DNA of 64,000 bases from positions 750 through 64,749 of the forward strand of contig JAFTZU010000029.1 of the NCBI GenBank assembly GCA_017461005.1, given 5' to 3'. This stretch comes from Clostridia bacterium (GTDB lineage: Bacteria; Bacillota; Clostridia; Oscillospirales; Acutalibacteraceae). The translations under genes were made by a program, and so were the position numbers. Positions 1 to 9,902 of this stretch are shown in pieces. A model generated the notes under the pieces. That model ran no database searches. It saw only the letters and a program-made list of their open reading frames with translations, and was not told the origin of the DNA. The first letter of the stretch is position 1. Every line of letters begins with the position of its first letter.

Positions 1-59
1 AGCGTTCTCAAACGGGATTCCTCCTTCTGATATGGTTTGGGAAATTGCCTGGAAAAGCT

Positions 60-235
60 TCGTCTCGCGGCGAAGGGTTCGCAGACTTGCGCTGCCTGTG
101 GCAGATGAAGCAAGGCTGTCGAACTGGAAGAAACAAGGAGCGTCGCGAAGCGCTCCAAGCGAGCGAGGCGACTATGTTTCTGACCGTACGCGTTGCAAGG
201 CTGTTCCTTTCTTTTTTAGACCTAACAAAGTATAC
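60..235. repeat. GC-rich, hairpin-rich intergenic repeat; inverted relative of the element at 19921-20190
   Basis: 15-mer gcgctccaagcgagc (150-164) is the exact reverse complement of 20000-20014, with partial flanking similarity. Local hairpin ggagcg/cgctcc (137-156). T-arm-like aagggttcgcagac at 73-86. Confidence 0.45.
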
Positions 236-280
236 TTGTTTTTTCCTCAAAAGTAAATCGCCGAAAGGGGCGGGCTTTCG

Positions 281-309
281 TTGACACTGAGGGCAAACAA
301 CCGTATAAT
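281..309 (+). promoter_or_regulatory. sigma70-type promoter for alaS
   Basis: TTGACA (281-286), 17-nt spacer, TATAAT (304-309), about 45 nt upstream of the alaS ATG. Confidence 0.7.
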
Positions 310-353
310 ATTTAGCCGTATTAGTATTTTTAATTATAAGGAGACACCCATTT

Positions 354-2984
354 ATGGAATGGACTGGTTTGAACGAACTGCGGGAAAGCTTCCTTCAGTT
401 CTTTGAAAGCAAAGAGCACCTGCGGCTGCCGAGCTACTCTCTCGTGCCCGATGGAGACAAGAGCCTTCTGCTCATCAACTCCGGTATGGCCCCGATGAAG
501 AAGTTCTTCACGAGAGAAGTCACTCCGCCCCGCTACCGTGTGACCACCTGTCAGAAGTGCATCCGGACCCCGGACATCGACAACGTCGGCCACACCGCCC
601 GCCACGGCACCTACTTCGAGATGCTGGGCAACTTCTCCTTTGGCGATTATTTCAAGAATGACGCCATCCACTGGGCCTGGGAGTACTTCACCGAAGTCCT
701 CGAGATCCCGGCGGACAAGCTTTACTGCTCCGTCTATGAAGACGATGACGAGGCATGGGACATCTGGACGAAGGACGTCGGCGTCCCCGAAGACCACATG
801 GTCCGCCTCGGCAAGGAAGACAACTTCTGGGAGCACGGCTCCGGTCCCTGCGGCCCCTGCTCCGAGATCTACTATGACCGCGGAGAAAAGTACGGCTGCG
901 GCAAGCCCACCTGCAAGGTCGGCTGCGACTGCGACCGCTACATGGAAGTCTGGAACCTCGTCTTCTCCCAGTTCAACAACGACGGCAACAACAATTACAC
1001 GCCGCTCGAGCACAAGAACATCGACACCGGCATGGGCCTCGAACGTCTGGCCTGCGTCATGCAGGGCGTCGACAACCTCTTTGAGGTCGACACGGTCCAG
1101 AACATCATGAAGACCATTTCGGACCTCTCCGGTGTCCACTACCACGAGAACGAGAAGACCGACATCTCGCTGCGCGTCATCACCGACCACGCCCGCAGCA
1201 TGACCTTCATGATCGGCGACGGCATCAAGCCCTCTAACAGCGGTGCCGGCTATGTCCTCCGCCGTCTGATGCGCCGTGCCATGCGGCAGGGCCGCGCCAT
1301 CGGCATCGACCACGCGTTCCTGACCGACGTCGCCGAGATGGTCATCCACGAGAACGCGACCGCGTACCCGAACCTCGTCGAAAAGCACGACTACATCATG
1401 AGCATCATCTCCGGCGAAGAGGCCACCTTCAACAAGACCCTCGACACCGGTTCCGAACAGCTCGAAAAGATGATCGCGAACGCCAAAGGCAAAGAGCTCC
1501 CGGCCGAAGACGCCTTCAAGCTCTCCGACACCTTCGGATTCCCGATCGAGCTCACCCGTGAGATCCTCGAAGAGCGCGGCATGACCGTCGACGAGGACAA
1601 GTTCCACGAGTATGTCGCAGAGGCCCGTGCCCGCGCCAAGGCAGACGCCGCCGCCAAAGACGTGGCCGAAGCCTGGAAGGGCAAAGGGGACGCCACCAAG
1701 GACATCCCCGCCACTGAGTTCCTCGGATACAGCGACTTCAACACGACCGCGAAGGTCCTTGCCGTCGTCAAAGACGGGGACCTTGCCGAGTCCGTCGAGA
1801 CCGGTGAAGACGCCGTCCTTGTCGTCGACAAGACGACGTTCTACGCCCGCAGCGGCGGTCAGATCGGCGACGCCGGCACCATCGAGTGCGGCGGGTTCAC
1901 GTTCCAGGTCGACGACACTGTCAAGTCTGAGAACGGTGTGTACCTGCACAGCGGTACCGTCGTCGAAGGCATCGCCAAAGCCGGCGAAGAGGTCGAGGTC
2001 AGGATCGACGCCGACCGTCGCCGCTCCATCATGCGGAACCATACGGCAGCCCATCTGCTGCAGGCCGCTCTCCGGGAAGTCCTCGGCAGCCATGTCGAGC
2101 AGGCCGGTCAGCTGGTCTCCGACACCGTCTGCCGCTTCGACTTCAACCATCCGGCTGCCATGACCTCGGAAGAACTGAAAGCGGTCGAGGCCCGAGTCAA
2201 TGAAGTCATCCTTCAGAACATCCCCGTCGAAACGAAAGTCATGAGCATCGAAGAGGCCAAGACCCTCGGCGCCATGATGCTCTTCGGCGAGAAATACGGC
2301 GAGACCGTCCGTGTCGTCTGCGTCGAGGACTTCTCCAAGGAGTTCTGCGGCGGTACCCACGTCCCGTCCACCGCTTCCCTCGGTCTGTTCAAAATCGTCT
2401 CCGAGTCCTCCGTTGCCGCGGGTGTCCGCCGCATCGAGGCCGTCACCGGCACGAACCTTCTGAAGTACATCGAGGAGAAGGACACGCTCATCGCCAAAGC
2501 GGCCGCGGCCATGAAGTCCAACCAGAACGACATCGACCGCAAGGCCAGCCAGCTCATGGCGGACCTCAAGGCCTCCGAAAAGAAGGTCGAGGAGCTCAAC
2601 AAGGAACTGGCCGCCAACGCGGCGAAGGACATGATGGGTGACGCTGTCGACCTCGGCGCGGTCAAACTCATCTGCTCCAGAGTCGAAGGGGTCCAGGGCG
2701 GCGAACTCCGCAACATGGCAGACTCTGCCAAGGAGAGCGGTGCCGACCTCGTGGTCGTCTTCGCAGCCGTCAACGGAGAAAAATGCAACTTCGCCTGCGC
2801 CTGCAGTCCCGACGCCGTCAAGGCCGGTGCCCATGCGGGCAACATCGTCCGCGAAGTCGCAAAGGTCGCCGGCGGTTCCGGCGGCGGCAAGCCGGACAGC
2901 GCGATGGCCGGCGGGAAAGATGCCACCAAAGTCGATGACGCTCTGGCCGCAGCCGCGGACATCGTCAAAGGCATGCTGAAATAA
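354..2984 (+). CDS. alaS: alanine--tRNA ligase
   Basis: 876 aa. N-terminus MEWTGLNELRESFLQFFESKEHLRLPSYSLVP, class II core, HTAAHLL editing-domain motif, C-terminal DHHA1-like tail. RBS aaggaga. Confidence 0.97.
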   Translation: MEWTGLNELRESFLQFFESKEHLRLPSYSLVPDGDKSLLLINSGMAPMKKFFTREVTPPRYRVTTCQKCIRTPDIDNVGHTARHGTYFEMLGNFSFGDYFKNDAIHWAWEYFTEVLEIPADKLYCSVYEDDDEAWDIWTKDVGVPEDHMVRLGKEDNFWEHGSGPCGPCSEIYYDRGEKYGCGKPTCKVGCDCDRYMEVWNLVFSQFNNDGNNNYTPLEHKNIDTGMGLERLACVMQGVDNLFEVDTVQNIMKTISDLSGVHYHENEKTDISLRVITDHARSMTFMIGDGIKPSNSGAGYVLRRLMRRAMRQGRAIGIDHAFLTDVAEMVIHENATAYPNLVEKHDYIMSIISGEEATFNKTLDTGSEQLEKMIANAKGKELPAEDAFKLSDTFGFPIELTREILEERGMTVDEDKFHEYVAEARARAKADAAAKDVAEAWKGKGDATKDIPATEFLGYSDFNTTAKVLAVVKDGDLAESVETGEDAVLVVDKTTFYARSGGQIGDAGTIECGGFTFQVDDTVKSENGVYLHSGTVVEGIAKAGEEVEVRIDADRRRSIMRNHTAAHLLQAALREVLGSHVEQAGQLVSDTVCRFDFNHPAAMTSEELKAVEARVNEVILQNIPVETKVMSIEEAKTLGAMMLFGEKYGETVRVVCVEDFSKEFCGGTHVPSTASLGLFKIVSESSVAAGVRRIEAVTGTNLLKYIEEKDTLIAKAAAAMKSNQNDIDRKASQLMADLKASEKKVEELNKELAANAAKDMMGDAVDLGAVKLICSRVEGVQGGELRNMADSAKESGADLVVVFAAVNGEKCNFACACSPDAVKAGAHAGNIVREVAKVAGGSGGGKPDSAMAGGKDATKVDDALAAAADIVKGMLK

Positions 2985-2999
2985 GAAAGGAGTGCCACC

Positions 3000-3341
3000 A
3001 TGGCAGACTGCATTTTCTGCAAGATCGCCGCGGGAGAGATCCCCAGCACCAAAGTGTACGAAGATGACCTGTGCCTCGCGTTCCGGGACCTGAACCCCCA
3101 GGCGCCGACCCACATCCTGGTCATCCCGAAGGACCACATCCAGTCCGTCGATGAGATCGACGCATCCAACGAAGCGGTCGTCGGCCACATCTTCTCCGTC
3201 ATTGCCAAAGTGGCAAAGGACGAGGGCCTCGACCGGGGTTACCGCGTCGTCTCCAACATCGGTGAACAGGGTCAGCAGACCGTACCGCACCTGCATTTCC
3301 ACATCATCGGCGGTCGGGACATGACCTGGCCTCCGGGCTGA
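3000..3341 (+). CDS. HIT-family (histidine triad) nucleotide hydrolase
   Basis: 113 aa. CIFCKI N-terminus and the histidine triad HLHFHIIGG. Confidence 0.93.
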   Translation: MADCIFCKIAAGEIPSTKVYEDDLCLAFRDLNPQAPTHILVIPKDHIQSVDEIDASNEAVVGHIFSVIAKVAKDEGLDRGYRVVSNIGEQGQQTVPHLHFHIIGGRDMTWPPG

Positions 3342-3368
3342 GCCGGTCTCAAATCTAACAATGAAGAA

Positions 3369-3399
3369 AGCACTCGGAAGTCCTTCCGGGTGCTTTTTT
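3369..3399 (+). terminator. rho-independent terminator after the HIT gene
   Basis: Stem agcactcggaa / ttccgggtgct with a 4-nt loop, followed by a T6 run. Confidence 0.75.
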
Positions 3400-3541
3400 G
3401 TGGGCGATTTATGGGCCACTCGACCGTTCATCGCCAAAAAACGGTTCCATAACGACCGTTCGGTCGCCAAAATCGACCGCTCCCGCGGAAAGACCCGTCA
3501 CCGGGGACCGGTTTCAGGTATGCTGAGCCTGAGGTGATCGT

Positions 3542-5722
3542 ATGGAAAAACCCATGTTCTACTTTGGAAGCTGTTACCTGTGGACGCTCATGGTCCTGTC
3601 CCTGACCGGGATGGGCATGGCGGTCGGACTGATGGTGGCCGCGGTGCCCGTCGGCATCTTTCTCCTCGACCGTCTGCGCCGGCCGGTCCAGGGAAAGCAG
3701 AAACTCAAATTCTTCCTCGCAGCCTGTGCCGTCGTGCTGGTGGCCTGCACCGCGTTCCTCCTGCAGACGATGCTCGTGTACCGCCCCGCCCTGAGCCATG
3801 CCGGAGAGTCGGTCGAGGGCACGTTCCTCGTGACCGAGGTACTGAACGACAGCGCCTCGGGCGCCCACCGCTGTGTCGTGCTGGTCGACGGGGGAGAACC
3901 GGTGCGCCGGCTGCGGCTGTCCTCGGACACGTACGAGCCCCGCGTGGGCGATGTGTTCCGGGGCACCCTGCAGATGAAGGCCCTCGGAGAGCAGGACCCG
4001 GCGGTGGCACGGTATTACAAGTCCCGGGGGCTCTACCTCGGGGCGACGTCCGGCGGGCGGATCGACGCGGACCCCCTCGATGAGACCGAACGCCGGGGCG
4101 ATGTGACGGTGCCGCCGGTCCGGCTCGCCTGGTGGACGCTGCGCATCAAACTCACGACGCTGCGGGAGACCCTGACCGGGCGCATCGAAGAGTGGCTGCC
4201 GCCGGAGGAGGCCGCGGTCCTCGAGGGCATGCTGGTGGGGGACAAGACCGACATCTCGCCGGACACGAACACCGCGTTCCAGCGGGCCGGTGTCCTGCAC
4301 CTGTTCGCGGTCTCCGGCTTCCATGTGTCCCTCTGGACCATGCTTGTCTACAAGATCCTCCTGCATCTCGGAGCCGGGCGGAAGACCTCCTCCGGCGGCG
4401 CCATCCTGTTCCTCTTTCTCTTCGTGGCCCTCACGGGGTTCCCCCGCAGCGCCGTCCGGGCCGGTATCATGCTGGGCGTCTTCTTCCTGAGCCGGATGTG
4501 GGTGCGCTCGTCAGAGCCGCTGAATGCCCTCGGGGTCGCAGTGCTGCTCATCGTGTTGCCGAACCCGTTCTATGCCGGGGACACCGGCGTGCTGCTGTCC
4601 TATGCCGCCACCCTCGGCATCCTCTCCTGGTATCCGTCGCTTTCCAAAGCGCTCCGGGAGTATCTCATGGAGCGGATCCCCAACTACAAACTGCGCAAAA
4701 AAGTGGAGTCTCCGCTGGACGTGCTCCTCGTGTCCCTCTGCAGTTTCCTCTTCACGCTGCCGGTCATGGTCCTGACCTTCGGGAACGTATCGCTCATGAC
4801 CCTCCTCAGCAACCTGCTGGTGTCGTCCGCGTCCTCCGGCGCCATTCTTCTGAGCGGTCTCGGCGCCCTGGCGGCACCGGTCCCGGTGCTGTCTCTGCTC
4901 ACGCCCTGGTGCTTCCTCGGCGCCGGCATGCTTGCCCGGTTCATGGTCTCAGCCTGTTCGGCGCTCGCCGGCCTGCCCTTTGCCTACCTTTCCTTGTCCG
5001 GCCGGGGCTTCGGCCTGGGACTGACCGGGGCGCTGCTGGTGGCGGTGGCGGGGTTCGTCCTGTACGGCTCTCTGCAGGAACGGGGCCTCCTCCGGGTGAC
5101 GGCGCTGCTTTCGGTCATCGTCCTCCTGGGCTCCGTGTTCACGGAAACGGCTTTGAACCGCAACGTGACCCACGTCGTCTTTCCGGATGTGGAGGGCTCC
5201 TGCGCCGTGGTCATCCACCGCCACGCGGCGACCGTCATCGGCTGCGGCAGCGACGAGTACGGAAGCGTCCAGGCGCTGAAAGACCTCTTCCAGCGGGAAG
5301 GGGTGACGAAGGTCTCGGCGCTGGTGGTGCCCCGGGAGACGAAGACGGAGGCCGGGGCGGTCAAAGCGGTACGGGAGGCCTTCGAGCCGGAGGTGTATCT
5401 GCCGCCGGAAACCTTTGCCGGACCGGAGGAGCAGGTCATCGACCTGTGGCCGGAGGTCGCCCTCCACCTGTACCGGCAGGGGAAGGAGTACCCCGCCGCG
5501 CGGCTGGAGGTCCAGGGGGTGGACAGCCTCCTTCTGTTCCGGCCTACCGTACAGGTAGAAGCCCTTCCGCCGGAGGCCCGTTCCGCGAGCATCTGTTATC
5601 TGCGGGGAAAACGGTCGGAAGGTTTGAAGTTGCCGACATCTTCGTATATAATTGTATCCGGTGAATCGGGCGAAGTGGACGCCCGCGTCTCAAAGGGACG
5701 GTTCCGGCTCTACCGCCGGTGA
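3542..5722 (+). CDS. comEC: ComEC/Rec2-family DNA internalisation channel protein
   Basis: 726 aa polytopic membrane protein. LHLFAVSGFHVSLW competence-domain motif. Classic comEC-holA synteny. RBS gaggtga. Confidence 0.88.
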   Translation: MEKPMFYFGSCYLWTLMVLSLTGMGMAVGLMVAAVPVGIFLLDRLRRPVQGKQKLKFFLAACAVVLVACTAFLLQTMLVYRPALSHAGESVEGTFLVTEVLNDSASGAHRCVVLVDGGEPVRRLRLSSDTYEPRVGDVFRGTLQMKALGEQDPAVARYYKSRGLYLGATSGGRIDADPLDETERRGDVTVPPVRLAWWTLRIKLTTLRETLTGRIEEWLPPEEAAVLEGMLVGDKTDISPDTNTAFQRAGVLHLFAVSGFHVSLWTMLVYKILLHLGAGRKTSSGGAILFLFLFVALTGFPRSAVRAGIMLGVFFLSRMWVRSSEPLNALGVAVLLIVLPNPFYAGDTGVLLSYAATLGILSWYPSLSKALREYLMERIPNYKLRKKVESPLDVLLVSLCSFLFTLPVMVLTFGNVSLMTLLSNLLVSSASSGAILLSGLGALAAPVPVLSLLTPWCFLGAGMLARFMVSACSALAGLPFAYLSLSGRGFGLGLTGALLVAVAGFVLYGSLQERGLLRVTALLSVIVLLGSVFTETALNRNVTHVVFPDVEGSCAVVIHRHAATVIGCGSDEYGSVQALKDLFQREGVTKVSALVVPRETKTEAGAVKAVREAFEPEVYLPPETFAGPEEQVIDLWPEVALHLYRQGKEYPAARLEVQGVDSLLLFRPTVQVEALPPEARSASICYLRGKRSEGLKLPTSSYIIVSGESGEVDARVSKGRFRLYRR

Positions 5723-5741
5723 ATCGCCGAAACAAAGGAGA

Positions 5742-6788
5742 ATGTCCTTGAAACTCAACGAAAAGACCCTGTGGAAGAACATCAAGTCACAGGAATTCCT
5801 GCCCGTTTACCTCATCAAGGGGAACGAGCCCTACCTCAAACTGAACTATTCGAACCTCCTTGCTGACAGCGTCGTGCCTGCCGGCCTGGAGGTGTTCAAC
5901 TATCATAAGCTCGACGGCGAGACCGTCACCATGAACGAACTCGTGGAGTGTGTCGAGGCGCTGCCCGCCATGTGTGAGCGGACCTGTGTCCTCGTCCACG
6001 ACCTCGACTTCGAGAAACTCTCCGACCCGGACCGCGAGGCGCTGGTCGAACTGCTCTCCGACGCTCCTGACACCTGCACGCTCGTCTTCTGGCAGGACAC
6101 CGTCGGGTTCCCGCAGAAGACCAAGAAGATGAAGGAGATGCTGGCGCTCATCGATGAGGTCGGCGCGGTCGTGGACCTCGATGCCCGGACCCGTCAGGAC
6201 CTCGTGAAGTTCATCGTCTCCGAGTGCAAAAAGTCCGACCGGGTCATCTCGCCCTATACGGCGGAGTACCTTCTCGACAACGTCGGGGAAGACATGGGCA
6301 ACCTCGTCACCGAAGTCGAGAAGCTCTGCAACTTCGCGGAGCGGGAGATCTCGGAAGCGGACGTCGACGCGGTCTGCATCCGGTCTCTGGAAGCCACCGC
6401 GTTCCAGATGATCGACGCCCTGCTCGACAACAACTTCGACCGCGTGTTCCAGGCCCTCAGCATCCTCTTCGACATGAAGACGGAACCCATGATGATCCTC
6501 GGCGCGCTGGTCTCCACCTATTCCGACATGTACCGCGCCAAAGTCGTGGCTCACGAAGGCGGACAGCAGAGAGACCTCAAGAAACTGTTCCCCCAGGCCT
6601 ATAAGAGCGACTTCAAGCTGAAGAACGCCTTCCGCAGAGCCGGACGGTTCTCCATGCCGGCCCTCCGCAAGTCCCTCGAACTGCTGGCGGAAGCGGACAC
6701 CAAACTCAAGAGCACGTCCGAAGATCACCGCACGGTTTTTGAAAAACTGATGATCGAACTGGCGCTGGCCCGCCGGGTAAAGGCGTGA
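5742..6788 (+). CDS. holA: DNA polymerase III delta subunit
   Basis: Start taken at the internal ATG 5742 (MSLKLNEKTLWKN...) behind RBS aaaggag. About 348 aa. Position directly after comEC as in other Firmicutes. Typical delta N-terminus (VYLIKGNEPYL). Confidence 0.85.
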   Translation: MSLKLNEKTLWKNIKSQEFLPVYLIKGNEPYLKLNYSNLLADSVVPAGLEVFNYHKLDGETVTMNELVECVEALPAMCERTCVLVHDLDFEKLSDPDREALVELLSDAPDTCTLVFWQDTVGFPQKTKKMKEMLALIDEVGAVVDLDARTRQDLVKFIVSECKKSDRVISPYTAEYLLDNVGEDMGNLVTEVEKLCNFAEREISEADVDAVCIRSLEATAFQMIDALLDNNFDRVFQALSILFDMKTEPMMILGALVSTYSDMYRAKVVAHEGGQQRDLKKLFPQAYKSDFKLKNAFRRAGRFSMPALRKSLELLAEADTKLKSTSEDHRTVFEKLMIELALARRVKA

Positions 6789-6792
6789 GCCC

Positions 6793-7380
6793 ATGCTGAA
6801 GACCGACAAAGTCATCGTGGTGGAAGGCAAGTATGACGCCATCCGCCTCGCGAACATCGTGGACGCGGCCATCCTTCGCACCGAGGGGTTCGGCGTGTTC
6901 AAAGACCGGGAGAAACAGGAACTGCTCCGCACACTGGCCGAAAAACGGGGACTGCTGGTCCTCACCGACGGCGACTCCGCGGGCATGCTCATCCGAAACC
7001 ACATCCGCGGCCTTGTACCTGCCGAACAGATCACCGACGTCTATGTCCCGGACCTCTACGGTAAGGAGAAGCGGAAGGACAAGCCCTCGAAGGAAGGAAA
7101 ACTCGGTGTGGAAGGCATCCCCGACGACATCCTCATCGAGGCTCTGAAAAAAGCCGGTGTGACCGACGCGGGCGATGTACCGCCTCCGCCGTCCGACGCC
7201 CGGCAGATCACCCGTCTCGACTTCTACAGAGACGGCCTCTCCGGCGGCCCGAACAGCAGAGCGAAACGTCTGGCCCTCCAGAACGCGCTGGGCCTGCCGG
7301 AACGCATGACCGGAAAACAATTACTGAGGATCATCAACATGATGATCTCCTATGACGAATACCGAGCCCTCGTCGACTGA
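6793..7380 (+). CDS. Toprim-domain protein, RNase M5-like
   Basis: 195 aa. VIVVEGKYD (Toprim Glu) and LTDGDSAG (DxD) motifs. Confidence 0.75.
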   Translation: MLKTDKVIVVEGKYDAIRLANIVDAAILRTEGFGVFKDREKQELLRTLAEKRGLLVLTDGDSAGMLIRNHIRGLVPAEQITDVYVPDLYGKEKRKDKPSKEGKLGVEGIPDDILIEALKKAGVTDAGDVPPPPSDARQITRLDFYRDGLSGGPNSRAKRLALQNALGLPERMTGKQLLRIINMMISYDEYRALVD

Positions 7381-7394
7381 CAGGAGGTGGCCCG

Positions 7395-8744
7395 ATGACA
7401 CAACCGAATATCGTGTTGCCGGGTCCCGTGGACACTGCGCTCCGCCTTCTGGAGGAAGCGGGCTTCGAAGCCTGGGTCGTCGGCGGCTGCACCCGCGATG
7501 CCCTTCTGGGCGATGTGCCCCATGACTGGGACATCACCACGTCCGCACGGCCGGAGGAGACCCTCCTCGTGTTCTCGGACTGCCGGACCATCGAGACCGG
7601 CCTGAAGCACGGCACCGTCGCCGTGCTCCTCGACGAGACTCTGCTTGAGATCACCACCTACCGGGTCGACGGGACCTATGAGGATTCCCGCCATCCGGAC
7701 AGCGTCACCTTCACCCGCAGCATCGGGGAAGACCTGGCCCGCCGGGACTTCACGATGAACGCCATCGCCTACAGCCCGACCCGCGGGTACGAGGACCTCT
7801 ACGGCGGCGCTTCGGACATCGAACAGCACCTCATCCGCTGTGTCGGAGACCCGGAGACGCGCTTCACGGAAGACGCCCTCCGCATCCTCCGTGCCCTGCG
7901 TTTTTCCAGCGTCCTGGGCTTCGCCATCGAGGAAAAGACGTCCGAGGCCATCCACGCGCTGAAAGAGCGCATCCTCCATGTGGCCTGGGAGCGGATCGCC
8001 TCCGAACTCCTGCAACTGCTTTGCGGGAAAGACGTCTATCGCGTCCTGCAGGACTACCGTGACGTTTTCGCGGTCATCCTCCCGGAACTGGAACCCTGCT
8101 TCGACTTCGAGCAGAAGAACCCCTGGCACATCTATGACGTCTATACGCACATCGCGCACTCCGTGGAGTCCGTTCCCCCGGAACCGGAACTGCGGCTCGC
8201 GATGCTCCTCCACGACATCGGAAAACCGGAGACGTTCTTCACGGACGACAAGGGCATCGGCCACTTCTACGGCCACCCGAAACGCAGCGCGCAGATGGCG
8301 GCAGACATCGTCCATCGCCTGAAGCTCTCCTCGGCCATGCAGCAGGAAGTGTGCACCCTCGTCGAGTTCCACGACTATCCGCTGGAGGCCACAAAGACGG
8401 TGCTCCTGCGACGGCTCCACAAGTTCGGCCCGGAGACGCTCCGGCACCTCATCGACGTCAAACGCGCGGACTGTCTCGCACAGAACCCGGAGAAGACCGG
8501 AGCAGACCTTGACAGCCTGAGTACAATAGAACATATGCTGGACGTTCTTTTAAAAGAGAAGCCGGTGTTCCGTGTCTCGGACCTCGCCGTCGGAGGGGGA
8601 GACCTCATCGCCCTCGGCATGGAGCCGGGCCCACAGATGGGAACACTCCTCGAAGACGTCCTCGAACAGGTCATGGCAGGAACACTGCCGAACGACCGTG
8701 ACGCATTACTGGCCTACGCCAAGAACAAAGGAATGAAACCATGA
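7395..8744 (+). CDS. cca: CCA-adding tRNA nucleotidyltransferase with HD domain
   Basis: 449 aa. GGCTRDALLG...DWDITT polymerase-beta head. RDFTMNA. HDIGKP HD motif. Confidence 0.92.
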   Translation: MTQPNIVLPGPVDTALRLLEEAGFEAWVVGGCTRDALLGDVPHDWDITTSARPEETLLVFSDCRTIETGLKHGTVAVLLDETLLEITTYRVDGTYEDSRHPDSVTFTRSIGEDLARRDFTMNAIAYSPTRGYEDLYGGASDIEQHLIRCVGDPETRFTEDALRILRALRFSSVLGFAIEEKTSEAIHALKERILHVAWERIASELLQLLCGKDVYRVLQDYRDVFAVILPELEPCFDFEQKNPWHIYDVYTHIAHSVESVPPEPELRLAMLLHDIGKPETFFTDDKGIGHFYGHPKRSAQMAADIVHRLKLSSAMQQEVCTLVEFHDYPLEATKTVLLRRLHKFGPETLRHLIDVKRADCLAQNPEKTGADLDSLSTIEHMLDVLLKEKPVFRVSDLAVGGGDLIALGMEPGPQMGTLLEDVLEQVMAGTLPNDRDALLAYAKNKGMKP

Positions 8745-8965
8745 CACAGGATAAGATCGACCGCATCAACGAACTCGCCCGCAAGCAGAGGTCCGAAGAG
8801 GGCCTCACGGACGAGGAACGTCTCGAACAGCAGAAACTGCGGTCGGAATACATCAACTCGATCAAACGGAACCTGTCTCTCCATCTGGAGAGCACGGTCA
8901 TCGTGGACGAGAAGGGCAACAAACGGAAAGTGCAGAAGAAGGAGACCAAACGTGTCAAACACTGA
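8741..8965 (+). CDS. DUF896/UPF0291-family small protein
   Basis: 74 aa. IDRINELARKQRSEEGLTDEERLEQQKLRSEYI is typical of YnzC-like proteins. ATGA overlap with the cca stop. Confidence 0.8.
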   Translation: MTQDKIDRINELARKQRSEEGLTDEERLEQQKLRSEYINSIKRNLSLHLESTVIVDEKGNKRKVQKKETKRVKH

Positions 8966-9902
8966 GCGCATCCCGCTGGTGGCCGTCGTCGGACCCACCG
9001 CGTCGGGAAAAACGGCGCTGGCGGTGGAACTGGCGAAGGCACTGGACGGGGAGGTCCTCTCCTTCGACTCCATGCAGCTCTACAAAGGCATGGACGTGGC
9101 CACCGCGAAGCCGACGGCGGACGAGATGCAGGGCATCCCGCACCACCTCATCGATGTGGTGGACCCGTCGGAGACCTACAGTGTCGCCCGGTTCCAGGAG
9201 GACGCCGCCCGCATCATCGCGGACATCCGCGGGAGAGGGAAGAACGTCATCCTCGTCGGCGGCACCGGCCTGTACCTCGATTCCTTCGTCGAGAACCTGC
9301 AGTTCCTCGACACGGGGGACGCCACCGAGGTCCGTGCCCGTCTGAAAGCAGAACTCGAGTCCCTGGGCCCCCAGGCGATGTACGACCGGCTCGTCACCAT
9401 CGACCCGGAGTATGCCGAAGGCCTCCATCCGAACAATACGGGGAGAGTCCTGCGCGCCCTTGAAGTTTATGAACTGACGGGGTACACTATGACGTATCAA
9501 ATCGCCCAGTCCCACCGGGAACCGGGCAACTACGATGTCTGTTACATCGGCCTCACGGCGGAGGACCGGGACTATCTGTATGACCGCATCAACCGCCGGG
9601 TCGACCGGATGGTCGAGAACGGCCTTCTGGACGAGGCGCGGCAGTGGCTGGATGAACAGCCCGGCACCACGGCGTCCCAGGCCATCGGCATCAAGGAGAT
9701 GCTGCCGTACCTGCAGGGGGAGGACACCCTCGAGCACTGTACGGAACAGCTGAAAATCGACACCCGACATTACGCGAAGCGCCAGCTCACCTGGTTCCGC
9801 CGGAACCCGGACGTGCACTGGCTCTGTATCGATAAAACTACGGACCCTGCCGCGCTGACGGCAGAGGCCCTGGCCATCATCGAAGAGGAGGGGATCCTTT
9901 GA
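8952..9902 (+). CDS. miaA: tRNA dimethylallyltransferase
   Basis: 316 aa. GTG start behind aggag. P-loop VVGPTASGKTALAVELA. HHLID motif. Confidence 0.95.
   Translation: MSNTERIPLVAVVGPTASGKTALAVELAKALDGEVLSFDSMQLYKGMDVATAKPTADEMQGIPHHLIDVVDPSETYSVARFQEDAARIIADIRGRGKNVILVGGTGLYLDSFVENLQFLDTGDATEVRARLKAELESLGPQAMYDRLVTIDPEYAEGLHPNNTGRVLRALEVYELTGYTMTYQIAQSHREPGNYDVCYIGLTAEDRDYLYDRINRRVDRMVENGLLDEARQWLDEQPGTTASQAIGIKEMLPYLQGEDTLEHCTEQLKIDTRHYAKRQLTWFRRNPDVHWLCIDKTTDPAALTAEALAIIEEEGIL

Noticed and set aside
1-353. Possible T-box leader upstream of alaS
   Set aside because: A near-consensus promoter at 281-309 leaves only about 45 nt of 5' UTR. No specifier loop/T-box (AGGGUGGNACCGCG-like) sequence was seen. 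The upstream GC-rich hairpins belong to the repeat family shared with 19921-20190.
330-3470. 1046-aa ORF on the minus strand antisense to alaS and the HIT gene
   Set aside because: The translation is low-complexity and rich in G/A/V/D/R/L, typical of the antisense frame of GC3-rich genes. It fully overlaps two confidently identified genes. It has no RBS and no recognisable domain.
4132-5664. 510-aa plus-strand alternate-frame ORF inside comEC (Arg/Pro/Gly-rich)
   Set aside because: It is an overlapping frame of the ComEC gene with a proline/arginine/glycine-rich nonsense-like translation. The ComEC frame carries the hydrophobic TM pattern and family motif.
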